The notes: a model not told the origin generated them from the letters alone. A stretch of DNA of 64,000 bases from a bacterium (GCA_036725605.1 DAIMDW010000021.1:28044-92043); one strand, 5' to 3'; shown: positions 52,846 through 62,489, counted from the stretch's first letter. A program made the numbers and translations.

Positions 52846-55415
52846 TAGTCCTTCTCTGATTCAATCCCGCCTGAATATCCTTGCTCGTCATCGAAAATCA
52901 GTTCCGTTTCAAATGGGTTCGAGTCGGCCGGCGCGTCTTCGCAGGTGTAGCCGATCGCGCGGTAACCGCGCAGCCTCCGTTCGAACATCTTGAGCGCCAC
53001 AGGAACATCCCGGTCCACATAATCGTAAATCCGCACCTCGACCTTGCCGGGATGAAGGCGGTGGAGACGACCGGCATACTGTACGAGAGTTCCTTTCCAT
53101 GAAACCGGCAGTGCGAGAAAAAGCGTGTCCAGACGCGCGTCGTCGAACCCCTCGCCGATATATCTTCCCGTGGCCAAAAGGAGCCGTTCTTCTCCATCGG
53201 GAATGGCGGCGAGTTGTTCCAGCGATTGCCGACGCTCCCGCGTCTTCATTCCGCCGTGAAGGACGACGAGGTTGCGCGTGAATTTCCGCAAGCGCTCCGC
53301 GAACCACTCGAGGTGGTCGCGCCGCTCTGTGAGGAGGATCGGGGAACGCTTGTCCTCCAGCGCCCGGATCACGTCGTCAAAAATCATGCCGTTGCGACGC
53401 GAATCAGCGGCCAACGCCGCATACAGATTTTGAATTCCAGCGTCTTCGGCCAGAGCAACTGGCTTAAAATTTGTTTCCCGTACGAGGAGTTTATAATCGA
53501 ACGGGCACCTTGTTGATGGACATCTCGAATCGACGGTGAAACGAACCGGCCCGATCTGCATGCCGATGATGGGGTGCAACCCGTCGCGTCGATAGGGAGT
53601 CGCTGTCAGCCCTGCGATAAAGCGGGCTTTCACCTCCGACAGCACGCGCTCAAATGAGACGGCAGGGGCATGATGGCATTCATCGATTATGACCTGTCCA
53701 TATCCTGCAACGATATCCTCCACCTCTCCCTTGCGTACCAAGCTCTGCAGCATCGCCACGTCCAGATGCCCGTTCGGTTTTTTTACTCCTGTTCCGATGC
53801 GACCGATTGCTTTCGTGTCCTTACCGAGAAATAAGGCCAATTGAGCAATCCACTGTTCGAGCAGCGGCTTGCGATGAACGAGGATCAGCGTGCTACAGCA
53901 TCGAGCAGCAACGAGATACGTCCCGACCACCGTCTTCCCAATGCCCGGCGGCGCCACAAATACACCCGTGTCATGAGCAAGGAGATTCTTTACAGCCTCT
54001 TCCTGGATCGGCGTGAGTGTTCCCTGAAAACTCGATTCGAACGGCGTTCCACTTTGGCGCAAATCCTCGATGTTCAATGACGCACCGTGCTCGTTAAGCA
54101 GGGCTTCGATGTTGGATAAACATCCACGCGGCAGCGAGATGTGCTCCGGCAGTTCTTTGAAGCAAGCGATGACGCGGGGAGTAAGCGCGGTCGAGAACCG
54201 CAAACTTTGCCTTTTATAAAACTCCGGATTCTGGAACGCGGCCGCACGCTTGATCCGGTTGATCAATGCGGACGGCAGCCCTTTCTTTTCGATGAACAAT
54301 CGTTGCGCGATGACCGCATTGATATTGGAGGGAATCGGTTCCTCAATGGCAATTTTCTTTGGTTTCTTCGAAGGAGTGCGGTTCCACGGAGACCGCTCCT
54401 CGTCACTCAATGGATCGCTCAGGCGAACCCCAATCACCTGCCCGCGCCGGACCGCTTCTTCCGCCAGGGTCTGCACGGATGACGGGTCAAGACGCCGCAG
54501 GTTCGCCAGGAACGACCATTGATCCGGGAATTCGATGAAGTTGTCATCGACGAAAACGGAGTTGCCGCTATCTCTGGCCTGACGTTGCAGGGGCATAGCG
54601 ATCAGGTTACCGAATCCGCCCTTCGGCATGGTGTCCTGATTCGGAAAAAGACGGTCGTAGGATTCCATCGAAAGCTGGTGACGCCGAGCCATCGTCTCCG
54701 TAATGAGAAAGCAGGCCATTTTACGCGCTGCGGCCGCGAGAATCGGAGCGGAAAAGAAAATCCAGGCGTGGGCCCCGTTTCCAGATCGCGACCGCTCAAT
54801 GGCGACGGGAACATCGCGCGTCTTGCAGGTCTCAGCAAACGCATGGACATCTTCCTGCCAGGACTTTTTGTCGAAATCCGCTGCGAGAAAGCGGCAGGTT
54901 TCGTCCGGCAGAAGCGGATAGACCCCCATGATTTGCTCGCCGCGAAGATGATTGGCAATCTCCTCATCGGTTACGGGCAGGAATGCCTGATTTGCGCATT
55001 CGCTACATGTCGCTCTTGGTTTTCTACCGCCAGTTGCGCCTTTCTTCTTCTCGCACAAATCCAAATCCCACTCGTTGGCGCAAGCTGGAGAATAACCGGA
55101 CCTGCCGGTTTTCGGGTTGTCCCATCGACGAGGAAACACATCCTCCCGCCCGCGAAACAATGAACGGAATAAAATGACTTTTTCCGCGTTCGTCGCCGGC
55201 ACGGGCAATGTCTGGGGAAATGCCGACGACAGTGGAATGGCCAATTGCCCCGGCGCCAAGGTGCTCAGTTCTTGTCTGAGGGCGGCAAGTCGCTCGGTCT
55301 GCTCGGTGATCTCCGAGCGCAATTCCGCAATCCTCTTTTCGGATGCCTCGATTTCTGATTGCAGTTCTTCGTAGCGGGATTTCGACTCTTTCATCTTTTC
55401 ATCATAGACGAGCAT
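52845..55415 (-). CDS. TOTE-type AEP primase domain fused to a DEAD/DEAH (SF2) helicase
   Basis: LFRGREDVF..RW, GVYPLL.D..C.FLAADFD, ERSRSGNGAHAWIFF, APPGIGKT, IDECHH, GLTATP, GEGFDDARLDTL, QYAGRLHR. Confidence 0.88.
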   Translation of the reverse strand: MLVYDEKMKESKSRYEELQSEIEASEKRIAELRSEITEQTERLAALRQELSTLAPGQLAIPLSSAFPQTLPVPATNAEKVILFRSLFRGREDVFPRRWDNPKTGRSGYSPACANEWDLDLCEKKKGATGGRKPRATCSECANQAFLPVTDEEIANHLRGEQIMGVYPLLPDETCRFLAADFDKKSWQEDVHAFAETCKTRDVPVAIERSRSGNGAHAWIFFSAPILAAAARKMACFLITETMARRHQLSMESYDRLFPNQDTMPKGGFGNLIAMPLQRQARDSGNSVFVDDNFIEFPDQWSFLANLRRLDPSSVQTLAEEAVRRGQVIGVRLSDPLSDEERSPWNRTPSKKPKKIAIEEPIPSNINAVIAQRLFIEKKGLPSALINRIKRAAAFQNPEFYKRQSLRFSTALTPRVIACFKELPEHISLPRGCLSNIEALLNEHGASLNIEDLRQSGTPFESSFQGTLTPIQEEAVKNLLAHDTGVFVAPPGIGKTVVGTYLVAARCCSTLILVHRKPLLEQWIAQLALFLGKDTKAIGRIGTGVKKPNGHLDVAMLQSLVRKGEVEDIVAGYGQVIIDECHHAPAVSFERVLSEVKARFIAGLTATPYRRDGLHPIIGMQIGPVRFTVDSRCPSTRCPFDYKLLVRETNFKPVALAEDAGIQNLYAALAADSRRNGMIFDDVIRALEDKRSPILLTERRDHLEWFAERLRKFTRNLVVLHGGMKTRERRQSLEQLAAIPDGEERLLLATGRYIGEGFDDARLDTLFLALPVSWKGTLVQYAGRLHRLHPGKVEVRIYDYVDRDVPVALKMFERRLRGYRAIGYTCEDAPADSNPFETELIFDDEQGYSGGIESEKD

Positions 55416-55758
55416 CTGACCGAGGGGAAATCAATCTTCAGTTGTATTTGATCTCCTGACGATTGATGACGATCTAGTTCGTGGCAGTTTTGAATTCCTC
55501 AGCGAACGAATAGAACGTCAAACAGCGTAAACGCAGTTTCTGCAATAAATCTTCCATCGTTTCACCCAACAATATTTCGAAACTGTGTGGCCCGGTTCCA
55601 TGCAAACCAGGATCGCTGTCGCATCTTTTTCCCAAAAATTTGCACACCTCTGAACTTGCCCTTTAAGAAACGTCCCCATATTCTGCCCATATGAGTTGGA
55701 CGGCGAGCGCGACTCACACTCGTTGAACGAAGCAAGGAGGAATGGACCGGATTCCGGG

Positions 55759-55827
55759 GGTGGAGGAAATGCAGGGTGAAAACTTCCACCAAATGAACTT
55801 GCCCTATCAGAATCTGGCCCATATTCT
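55759..55827 (+). promoter_or_regulatory. Operator motif copy 3 plus promoter TTGCCC-N17-TATTCT
   Basis: GTGGAG GAAATGCAGGGTGAAAAC TTCCAC ... TTGCCC TATCAGAATCTGGCCCA TATTCT. Confidence 0.65.
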
Positions 55828-55833
55828 GCTCTC

Positions 55834-55974
55834 ATGAAAAAGCTGTTCGTATACATCGAAATGCTCATGGCGCAAGGATTCTTCGGAACCCTGAAGCTGA
55901 GTTTCCAGAACGGCAAACTGTGCAACATCAAGGTCGAACGGAGCATCAAGCCCGGGGATCTGCCTTCGCCGTAG
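55834..55974 (+). CDS. YezD/DUF2292-like small protein, copy 2 (not in the ORF track)
   Basis: MKKLFVYIEMLMAQGFFGTLKLSFQNGKLCNIKVERSIKPGDLPSP, homologous to 43333. Confidence 0.7.
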   Translation: MKKLFVYIEMLMAQGFFGTLKLSFQNGKLCNIKVERSIKPGDLPSP

Positions 55975-55993
55975 GCTACGGCAAGACAGGCCT

Positions 55994-56083
55994 GTGACAA
56001 TCGCGTAAATCTTCGGGGTCGTCGAAAACATCGAGCCCCGGTGAAGTTGGGATGAAACACACCCGCTTCGCCGGGGCTTTTTT
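55994..56083 (+). terminator. Intrinsic terminator with overlapping antiterminator hairpin
   Basis: AGCCCCGGTGAAG...CTTCGCCGGGGCT-TTTTT 13-bp stem; competing GGGG-TCG-TCGA-AAACA-TCGA-G-CCCC. Confidence 0.7.
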
Positions 56084-56211
56084 AGTTGAGAAATGAGACA
56101 GGAGTCCGAGCCACATCCAAAGCAAACCTCATATAGGAGAAATTGATTGTTAATCCAATTTAACATTTTCCGACGTTGTCACTTGAGGCAGCGGTTCCAT
56201 ATTCCGGCATC

Positions 56212-56391
56212 ATGAAGCGCAAAGACACCATCTCCGAAGTCGCCGAAATTCTGGCCACGGCCATCGTTCGAAAGCGTCTGCGCGATGTGCATAACATACT
56301 GAAAACGAACGGCAAAACAGAGATTGGCCTTGAGGTTTCGTCTGGACAGAGCCTTCATCCTGTCGAACCGAAGAGAAGGAGAAAGAAATGA
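56212..56391 (+). CDS. Small hypothetical protein preceding DUF2924
   Basis: EVAEILATAIVR.R.R; 4-nt overlap with DUF2924. Confidence 0.6.
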   Translation: MKRKDTISEVAEILATAIVRKRLRDVHNILKTNGKTEIGLEVSSGQSLHPVEPKRRRKK

Positions 56392-56843
56392 CGGATACGG
56401 CTCTGAAGCAGATCGCGCAGATCCAAAAGCTGCCGGTCGAAGCTCTGCGCGAAAAGTGGGAGGTGTTGTTCGGAACGGAGGCCCCGGCGTACAGCCGCCC
56501 GTTTCTGGTTAAGCGCCTGGCATACCGAATCCAGGAATTGGCCCACGGCGGCCTGTCGCAGCAGACGCGGGAGCGCGTCCAGAAAATCGCGGAAGACAAT
56601 GGCCTCGACGAGATGGCTGCGTTACCGCAGGGACAACCTAAGAAAAAGGGAATGCCTGTCGTCGGAACGCGCCTGATCCGCGAATGGAACGGTGGCCGCT
56701 ATGAGGTCATCGTGGTTCGTGACGGGTTTGAATTCGAAGGAAAGAAATACCGCTCGCTGACCGCAATTACCAAGGTCATCACCGGCACACATTGGAACGG
56801 CCCGGCCTTTTTTGGATTGCGTCAAAACGGAAAAGCTAAATGA
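56388..56843 (+). CDS. DUF2924 family protein
   Basis: L.KRLAYRIQELAHGGL, GTRLIREWNG...EV.V...GFEFEG..YRSLTAI...ITGT.WNGP.FFGL. Confidence 0.9.
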   Translation: MTDTALKQIAQIQKLPVEALREKWEVLFGTEAPAYSRPFLVKRLAYRIQELAHGGLSQQTRERVQKIAEDNGLDEMAALPQGQPKKKGMPVVGTRLIREWNGGRYEVIVVRDGFEFEGKKYRSLTAITKVITGTHWNGPAFFGLRQNGKAK

Positions 56844-58348
56844 AAAATGGAAAGGAAACACCTCCGAACACTCTGACTCCAAAAGTCCGCTGTGCGATCT
56901 ACACAAGAAAATCGACCGAAGAGGGATTGGACCAGGAATTCAACAGCTTGGACGCGCAGCGCGAGGCCTGCGAATCCTACATCGCCAGTCAGCGCAGTGA
57001 GGGGTGGGTGGTATTGCCCGACCACTACGATGACGGGGGTTTCTCAGGGGGCACGCTGGAGCGCCCGGCGTTGCGGCGACTGCTCCAGGACATCGAGGAT
57101 CGCTGCGTCGATTGCGTGATCGTGTACAAGCTCGACAGACTCTCTCGCTCGCTTCTCGATTTCACAAAGATCATTGAAATTTTCGAGCGCCAAGGCGTGA
57201 CCTTCGTTTCGGTCACACAGCAGTTCAATACGACCACATCGATGGGGCGCCTCACGCTGAACATCCTTCTTTCGTTCGCACAGTTCGAGCGTGAAATCAT
57301 CGGCGAGCGGATCCGCGACAAAGTCGCCGCCTCGAAGCGCAAGGGTAAGTACATGGGCGGCATGCCGGTGCTGGGCTATGATGTGGACCGCCTGGCCAAG
57401 AAGCTGGTGGTCAACCCGATCGAGGCGAAACTCGTGCGCCATATTTTCAAGCGCTTCACGCAGATCGGCTCGGCGACCTTGCTGGCAAAGGAATTGAACC
57501 AGCAGGGGCATCGGACCAAGGAATGGGTCACAAAAAAGGGAACGACTCACGCAGGTGTCGCCTGGAACAAGATGCACCTCTACCGGATGTTCAACAACCG
57601 GCTATACATCGGCGAGATCGTCCACCACGATCAGCACTATCCCGGTGAGCACGACGCTATCGTCCCGAGCGCCTTGTTCGACCAGGTCCAGTCCATCCTC
57701 GAACAGAATTGCCGCGTCCGTGGAAACAAAACCCGAGCCAAGACACCCGCGCTGCTCAAGGGCATCCTCAAATGCGGTCACTGTGGCGGATCGATGGGGC
57801 CGACCTTCGCCAAGAAAAACGGCAAGACGTACCGCTACTACCTTTGCGTCGCGGCTTCCAAGAACGGGTATGACTCCTGCCCGGTGCGGACAGTAGCGGC
57901 AGGGGAGATCGAAAGTGCGGTCATGGAGCAACTCCGCGCCGTGTTCCGTTCGCCGGAAATGATCGCGGAAACATACCGTGCCGCGCGCTTCCAGGAAAGG
58001 GAGCAAGTTTCGGCCCTCGAGAGCGAGCGCATGGAACTGGAGGTCAAGCTCGCCGGTAACCTCGTTCAGACTGAAAAACAGGAATTCCAAAGCCGCGTCC
58101 ACGAGATCAACCGCATGATTCGCGGACTCGACAAACACGCCCTCGATGAACTTCAGGTCGCCGAAGCTCTGAACCAACTCGATCCGATCTGGGACGAGCT
58201 TTTTCCCGCCGAACAAGCGCGGATCGTGCAGCTGCTCATCGAGCGCGTGGTGGTCAACCCGGACGGCATCACCGTGCGATTCCGGTTGGACGGTTTGAGC
58301 ACCATCGCGGCGGAATTTGAAGCAGACGAGGAGGCTGCCAATGAATAA
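56840..58348 (+). CDS. Large serine recombinase (resolvase + recombinase + Zn-ribbon domains)
   Basis: AIYTRKSTEEG (catalytic Ser), YKLDRLSRS, LSFAQFEREIIGERIRD, CGHCG...YYLC. Confidence 0.95.
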   Translation: MKNGKETPPNTLTPKVRCAIYTRKSTEEGLDQEFNSLDAQREACESYIASQRSEGWVVLPDHYDDGGFSGGTLERPALRRLLQDIEDRCVDCVIVYKLDRLSRSLLDFTKIIEIFERQGVTFVSVTQQFNTTTSMGRLTLNILLSFAQFEREIIGERIRDKVAASKRKGKYMGGMPVLGYDVDRLAKKLVVNPIEAKLVRHIFKRFTQIGSATLLAKELNQQGHRTKEWVTKKGTTHAGVAWNKMHLYRMFNNRLYIGEIVHHDQHYPGEHDAIVPSALFDQVQSILEQNCRVRGNKTRAKTPALLKGILKCGHCGGSMGPTFAKKNGKTYRYYLCVAASKNGYDSCPVRTVAAGEIESAVMEQLRAVFRSPEMIAETYRAARFQEREQVSALESERMELEVKLAGNLVQTEKQEFQSRVHEINRMIRGLDKHALDELQVAEALNQLDPIWDELFPAEQARIVQLLIERVVVNPDGITVRFRLDGLSTIAAEFEADEEAANE

Positions 58349-58760
58349 AAAGCCAACCATCACCCGCGACGGCGACTGCATCGTCGTCCACATTCCGATG
58401 ACCTTGAAGCGACGTGGTGGCCGCAATGAAATCATCGTGCCGCAGGGTCTGGACGGAAAAACGTCGTCGAAGCAAGCCGCCCAGAACGCGATCCTGGTCG
58501 CCATCGCCCGGGCTTTCCGGTGGAAGGAACTCATCGAATCCGGGCGCGTGAAGAACCTGGCCGAGATCGCCCGGGCCAACCGGGTGGACGGCTCCTACGT
58601 GAGCCGAATTCTCGATCTTACGCTGCTCGCACCTGATATCATCGACGCCATTCTCGACGGTAGGGAGCCGTCGGGTTTATCGCTCGCCATGCTTACGAAG
58701 AAGCAGATCCCGCTGGTGTGGGCGGAACAACGGCAGTATCTGGGGTTTGATGCGTCTTGA
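58341..58760 (+). CDS. Recombinase-associated HTH protein
   Basis: IPMTLKRRGGR, AIARAFRW..LIESG......EIA.....SYVSRIL.LTLLAPDII.AILDG. Confidence 0.85.
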   Translation: MNKKPTITRDGDCIVVHIPMTLKRRGGRNEIIVPQGLDGKTSSKQAAQNAILVAIARAFRWKELIESGRVKNLAEIARANRVDGSYVSRILDLTLLAPDIIDAILDGREPSGLSLAMLTKKQIPLVWAEQRQYLGFDAS

Positions 58761-59109
58761 TTTCCTTGATTACCTCACCGCCTTTAAAAACAAAGTCGCG
58801 TGGTGTTCTGCGGCCGCTCTTTTCCCAAAATTTCCATCGACCATCCTGTTGGCCAGCTTTATATCGGCCTTCACTTCTTTTCTGCCCATTCTCCCAATAG
58901 AAGGTCCATTTTCCATTCTGTTGTCCGGCCGTAAAATTGCCTTCGCCTCGTTGCAGCCCGTTATCGTACCAAGTTTTCCATGGGCCATGCTTCACACCGT
59001 TCTTGAATTCGCCTTCGCTTTTTTTCTGGCCATTGCCGAACCACTGAGTCCAGAGACCATTACCAGGCTTGGACATATCGATTTTCTTCGGTTTGATTTT
59101 CATGGTCAC
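58693..59109 (-). CDS. MORN-variant / YwqK-like repeat protein
   Basis: Repeats W..NGQKKSEG.FKNG...G.W. Confidence 0.78.
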   Translation of the reverse strand: MTMKIKPKKIDMSKPGNGLWTQWFGNGQKKSEGEFKNGVKHGPWKTWYDNGLQRGEGNFTAGQQNGKWTFYWENGQKRSEGRYKAGQQDGRWKFWEKSGRRTPRDFVFKGGEVIKEIKTHQTPDTAVVPPTPAGSASS

Positions 59110-60062
59110 GACTCCTGACCATTTTGCTGAGATTCCCCTTCAATCACTCCTCCACTCCAATTGTCCGCATATTGAAGCAGACGCGTTAGGGGCGTTTCCC
59201 TGTGAGCAACACTCTGGTTTTCAGGTATGTACTGCCCATCGTGGTAGCGAATCGCTTGCGCTTCCTCGTCAGACAGCGAAATGTGTTGTGAAACAAGAAA
59301 TAGGCTCCTGGTTGCGATATCGAGATGGACAACTTCCTTGTTTACAACGTAGCGAATGCCTCGATTCCGCACATGCCAATCGCTCGGATTCGGCAAGTAG
59401 TATGGCTTTCCAAATGCGCCCACTTTTCCGATGTCGTGGTACAAACCGATGATCACACAGCTTTCCTCGGAAAGTTCGGGGGCAAGGCTGCCACGTAGCT
59501 TCAATAGCGTTCGGGCGACATTGGTCGAGTGCTCGACAAGACCACCTTCTTTCGCCAGGTGGAACCGCGTTGACGCCGGGGCGGTCGCCCAGTTCGTCTC
59601 AGCGCGCAGCAACGCCTCGAAACGCTCGACCTGGTCGCGGCGCATCGTGACAAGAGCGAGCAAGTCCGAATAATCGGATGGCGTTGTATGCGATACGGTG
59701 AATCCGAGAAATCGCTTCGCATCCGTCAGCGTCTTATTCCAGTTTCCCTCAAAGCGGCAGGCGCGGTCATCGATGTAAAGATCGGCGAGCGGCTTGGTTG
59801 CGGGCCACTCGCAATCAGAATTGCCGTTGATTTCGTCGAACTCGATACCCTCGCGACGCAGATATGCTGCAAGCCGGTCAAGATGTTCGGGGATGCTCGG
59901 TCGCGCTGTGTGGATAATGATTTTAAGTCCGAGAGCGCGCAGTTCGCGGAGTGCTTCGACGGCCCCTGGGAGCGGCGGGCCAAATTCATCGATGCTTGGG
60001 GCGAATTCGGCAATCACTCCGTCGAAATCGACGCATATCGCTTTGGTGATGTGTTCTTTCAC
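59106..60062 (-). CDS. HAD-like phosphatase domain fused to an HD-domain hydrolase
   Basis: CVDFDGVI and ADLYIDDRA (HAD); APASTRFH...GGLVEHS, YHDIGK, IRYHDG, YAD (HD). Confidence 0.8.
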   Translation of the reverse strand: MKEHITKAICVDFDGVIAEFAPSIDEFGPPLPGAVEALRELRALGLKIIIHTARPSIPEHLDRLAAYLRREGIEFDEINGNSDCEWPATKPLADLYIDDRACRFEGNWNKTLTDAKRFLGFTVSHTTPSDYSDLLALVTMRRDQVERFEALLRAETNWATAPASTRFHLAKEGGLVEHSTNVARTLLKLRGSLAPELSEESCVIIGLYHDIGKVGAFGKPYYLPNPSDWHVRNRGIRYVVNKEVVHLDIATRSLFLVSQHISLSDEEAQAIRYHDGQYIPENQSVAHRETPLTRLLQYADNWSGGVIEGESQQNGQES

Positions 60063-60077
60063 AGACTTTCTCCAAGT

Positions 60078-61280
60078 CTAATTCGTGTTGAGGAAAACAA
60101 AATCATCAAGTTGACCATCTGGCGCTTTCCTGGTGAGTACAGCGATATGCTCGTCGTTTAACTCCTGCGGAAACATGCTCGGCGTGTCCCAGGAAATGGC
60201 GTCCGTCAGCGCACTGCGACGACCGATGGTGACTCGCTTGGCTCCCTGATTTTCGAGACGTCTTATGAATTCTGGAAGGGACTCAAATGGAACGGGAGAC
60301 TGCATCTGCGTATAAGAATCCCGAACAGTAATATTCGGAAGGGATCGCAAGAGAACCAATCGCTCGTCCCAAAATTGAGTCATTGCTTTTTTGAGATTCA
60401 AAGGCATCAGGGAAATGTCAAAGGAGATTTGCCTGATGTCTTCCCATGTTGCGTGTCCGAGCCGTAAAGAAATCTCTCTCCAATCTTCCGATCTCACCAA
60501 CCCCTGGTGCTCAAGATGCACCAGGTCCTGCCGTAGCGACTGTGGATCAAATCGGTAGCGACGCAACAGATGAGAATAAAGTCGACTATCGGGGTAGTCG
60601 ATTTTGTGGATACGGGGAGAAAGGAGCAAGAACCAGAAGTTCTCGACTTTGAAATTGACGTTTTGCAGCCCTGCTTCAATCGTTCGCGCAACCTGATTTC
60701 GTAACGTGGAGTAGCTGACCGTGGTTGAAACGTCTGATACAAATTTCGACTCGACAAAGATTTTCTCATCCCCAAAGGACACCACCGCGTCGGACTGCGT
60801 CGGCCCTTCATAGCGGCCCATCTCTTTGCGTTGAATCGCCTTGTCCCTTTCGTATTTCACAGGATGCTGGATGTGACGGTTCGGATGATCTGACTTCGAA
60901 TAAAGGTCGCTCAAGTATTTTCGAAACCCGATACATTCCGGTAAGTCCTTTTCGTATTCGATTGAAATCTTACTGCTCCGTTTTTTCCAGTTTCCCGTAA
61001 GCCATTTTCCGGCAAAGGCCTGCTGGAATAAAACGTGGAAACCAGCAGGTTGTTTCCCGGCAATTTTTCTATGCGGGTAGAGCAATGACTCCAAACCGAA
61101 TAGGGTCAGAAACCGCTCATCTTTGAAGTACTGCAAGGAGCGCTTGTCCTGTTTACCGGAATCTGCCATTTCAATTTGTTGTTGAAATGTGTGGAGCCAA
61201 GAGCCAAGAATGCTTGAAAAATCTATTTCCGAATTCAGAGAGTCCCATAATTCCTTGGGAGTTAATTGGCTTTTCATCAC
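60078..61280 (-). CDS. Hypothetical protein with a PD-(D/E)XK-like nuclease motif
   Basis: TQSDAVV...IFVESKF...RNQ.AR. Confidence 0.55.
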   Translation of the reverse strand: MMKSQLTPKELWDSLNSEIDFSSILGSWLHTFQQQIEMADSGKQDKRSLQYFKDERFLTLFGLESLLYPHRKIAGKQPAGFHVLFQQAFAGKWLTGNWKKRSSKISIEYEKDLPECIGFRKYLSDLYSKSDHPNRHIQHPVKYERDKAIQRKEMGRYEGPTQSDAVVSFGDEKIFVESKFVSDVSTTVSYSTLRNQVARTIEAGLQNVNFKVENFWFLLLSPRIHKIDYPDSRLYSHLLRRYRFDPQSLRQDLVHLEHQGLVRSEDWREISLRLGHATWEDIRQISFDISLMPLNLKKAMTQFWDERLVLLRSLPNITVRDSYTQMQSPVPFESLPEFIRRLENQGAKRVTIGRRSALTDAISWDTPSMFPQELNDEHIAVLTRKAPDGQLDDFVFLNTN

Positions 61281-61286
61281 GCCTCC

Positions 61287-61955
61287 TTAATCTTCATAAA
61301 AAAGGTCATAGGATTTGAATCCATCGGGGAATTTGTAGTTTCCTGGCTGATCGGCAAAATCGACGGGATACCCCGCTGCCAGGAGCGTTTCCAAATCTCT
61401 CTGGACGGTCCTTGGTGTAACTTCTAAGACTTTTGCCACGTCTCGAACCTTGAGAACTTTCCCTCGGTCCAAAATGGATAGCATAAACATCAGCCGAGTA
61501 ATCTGGCGCAGTTTTTTATCTGATTGGTTTTTACGTCTTTCAAGAAGAGAGCGCTGGTGAACCAGAAGAACCCGCAAAAATGTTTTGTCAATTTTTCTTG
61601 GAGGCTTTATCAGGTTCCTTGATGGAAGCGAAGTCAGGTGTTTTGACGGTGTGACGAGAAGGACTTTCATCTCCGGATCGTCCATTTCCTTGTACCAACC
61701 ACAAAGCTCTTCCCAATCGTTTTTCTTTATCAGATCGGGATCGATAATCGCCAACAGGCAGCCGACCGCAACAAGATCGGTGGTTCGCTGTACCTTCCAG
61801 GTTTTGAGCTTCTGATCCCGAATGGCTGAATCTACAAGATCAGCCACAGGTCCCGGCCGCAAGAGCACCAGAACCGTTTGGAGTCTTTCAAACATTTCCA
61901 TTGCCGCGTTTCTCCTTTGGCAAATTATTTCAAACCACGGGATGCAGAATAGCAC
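61287..61955 (-). CDS. Transcription regulator with C-terminal HTH_11 (WYL-family-type wHTH) and degenerate receiver-like N-terminus
   Basis: RL..ML.IL..G..LKV.DVA..LEVTPRTVQRDLETL..AGYP; no WYL domain follows. Confidence 0.7.
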   Translation of the reverse strand: MLFCIPWFEIICQRRNAAMEMFERLQTVLVLLRPGPVADLVDSAIRDQKLKTWKVQRTTDLVAVGCLLAIIDPDLIKKNDWEELCGWYKEMDDPEMKVLLVTPSKHLTSLPSRNLIKPPRKIDKTFLRVLLVHQRSLLERRKNQSDKKLRQITRLMFMLSILDRGKVLKVRDVAKVLEVTPRTVQRDLETLLAAGYPVDFADQPGNYKFPDGFKSYDLFYED

Positions 61956-62489
61956 CGAGGTGCGACAACGTCATGTCGCATCTTTTTCTTTTTTTTCTTT
62001 TTTTGATACCGGTTGCGCTTGCTACTCCAAAAAACGGAAAAACAGAAAACGGAGGCCAGTTTTATAACTGCTTGTTTTTAGGTAGTTTTACGAGGTCTTG
62101 ACCTCGGGCGCAAGGTCAAGAGCATTCAGAGAAAGAGACGAGAAAAAGGGCTTTTTAAGGGTCGGATGTGCGTTTTTAAGGCTCTTCGGGTCCGATTGAA
62201 AAATGGTTCGTTGGCTGAATTGGAAAGCGGAAAAGCTCTTTATTTCTTGCACTTATACGCCACAAACGCGAGCGGCCCTGAGTGGGGCCGTGAAGCGGAG
62301 AGATAATCCTTTTTACAAGGTGTTGGTGGAGGAAACGTTACTGGTATCGAACTTGACGGGGATTTTTCGGACCAAGGGCGATGTAGCTAACCTATTGATA
62401 AAAAAGAGAATATTGCCAACAAGGTCCATCTTGATTTTTCTGAATGACGAACCTATCGTCTCCAATGATCTTGAGCTTTACGCTCTGAC

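Noticed and set aside
62324-62353. tRNA-3'-end-like att remnant (TGGTGGAG...TCGAAC)
   Set aside because: Too degenerate, no cloverleaf, and no matching copy at the left junction
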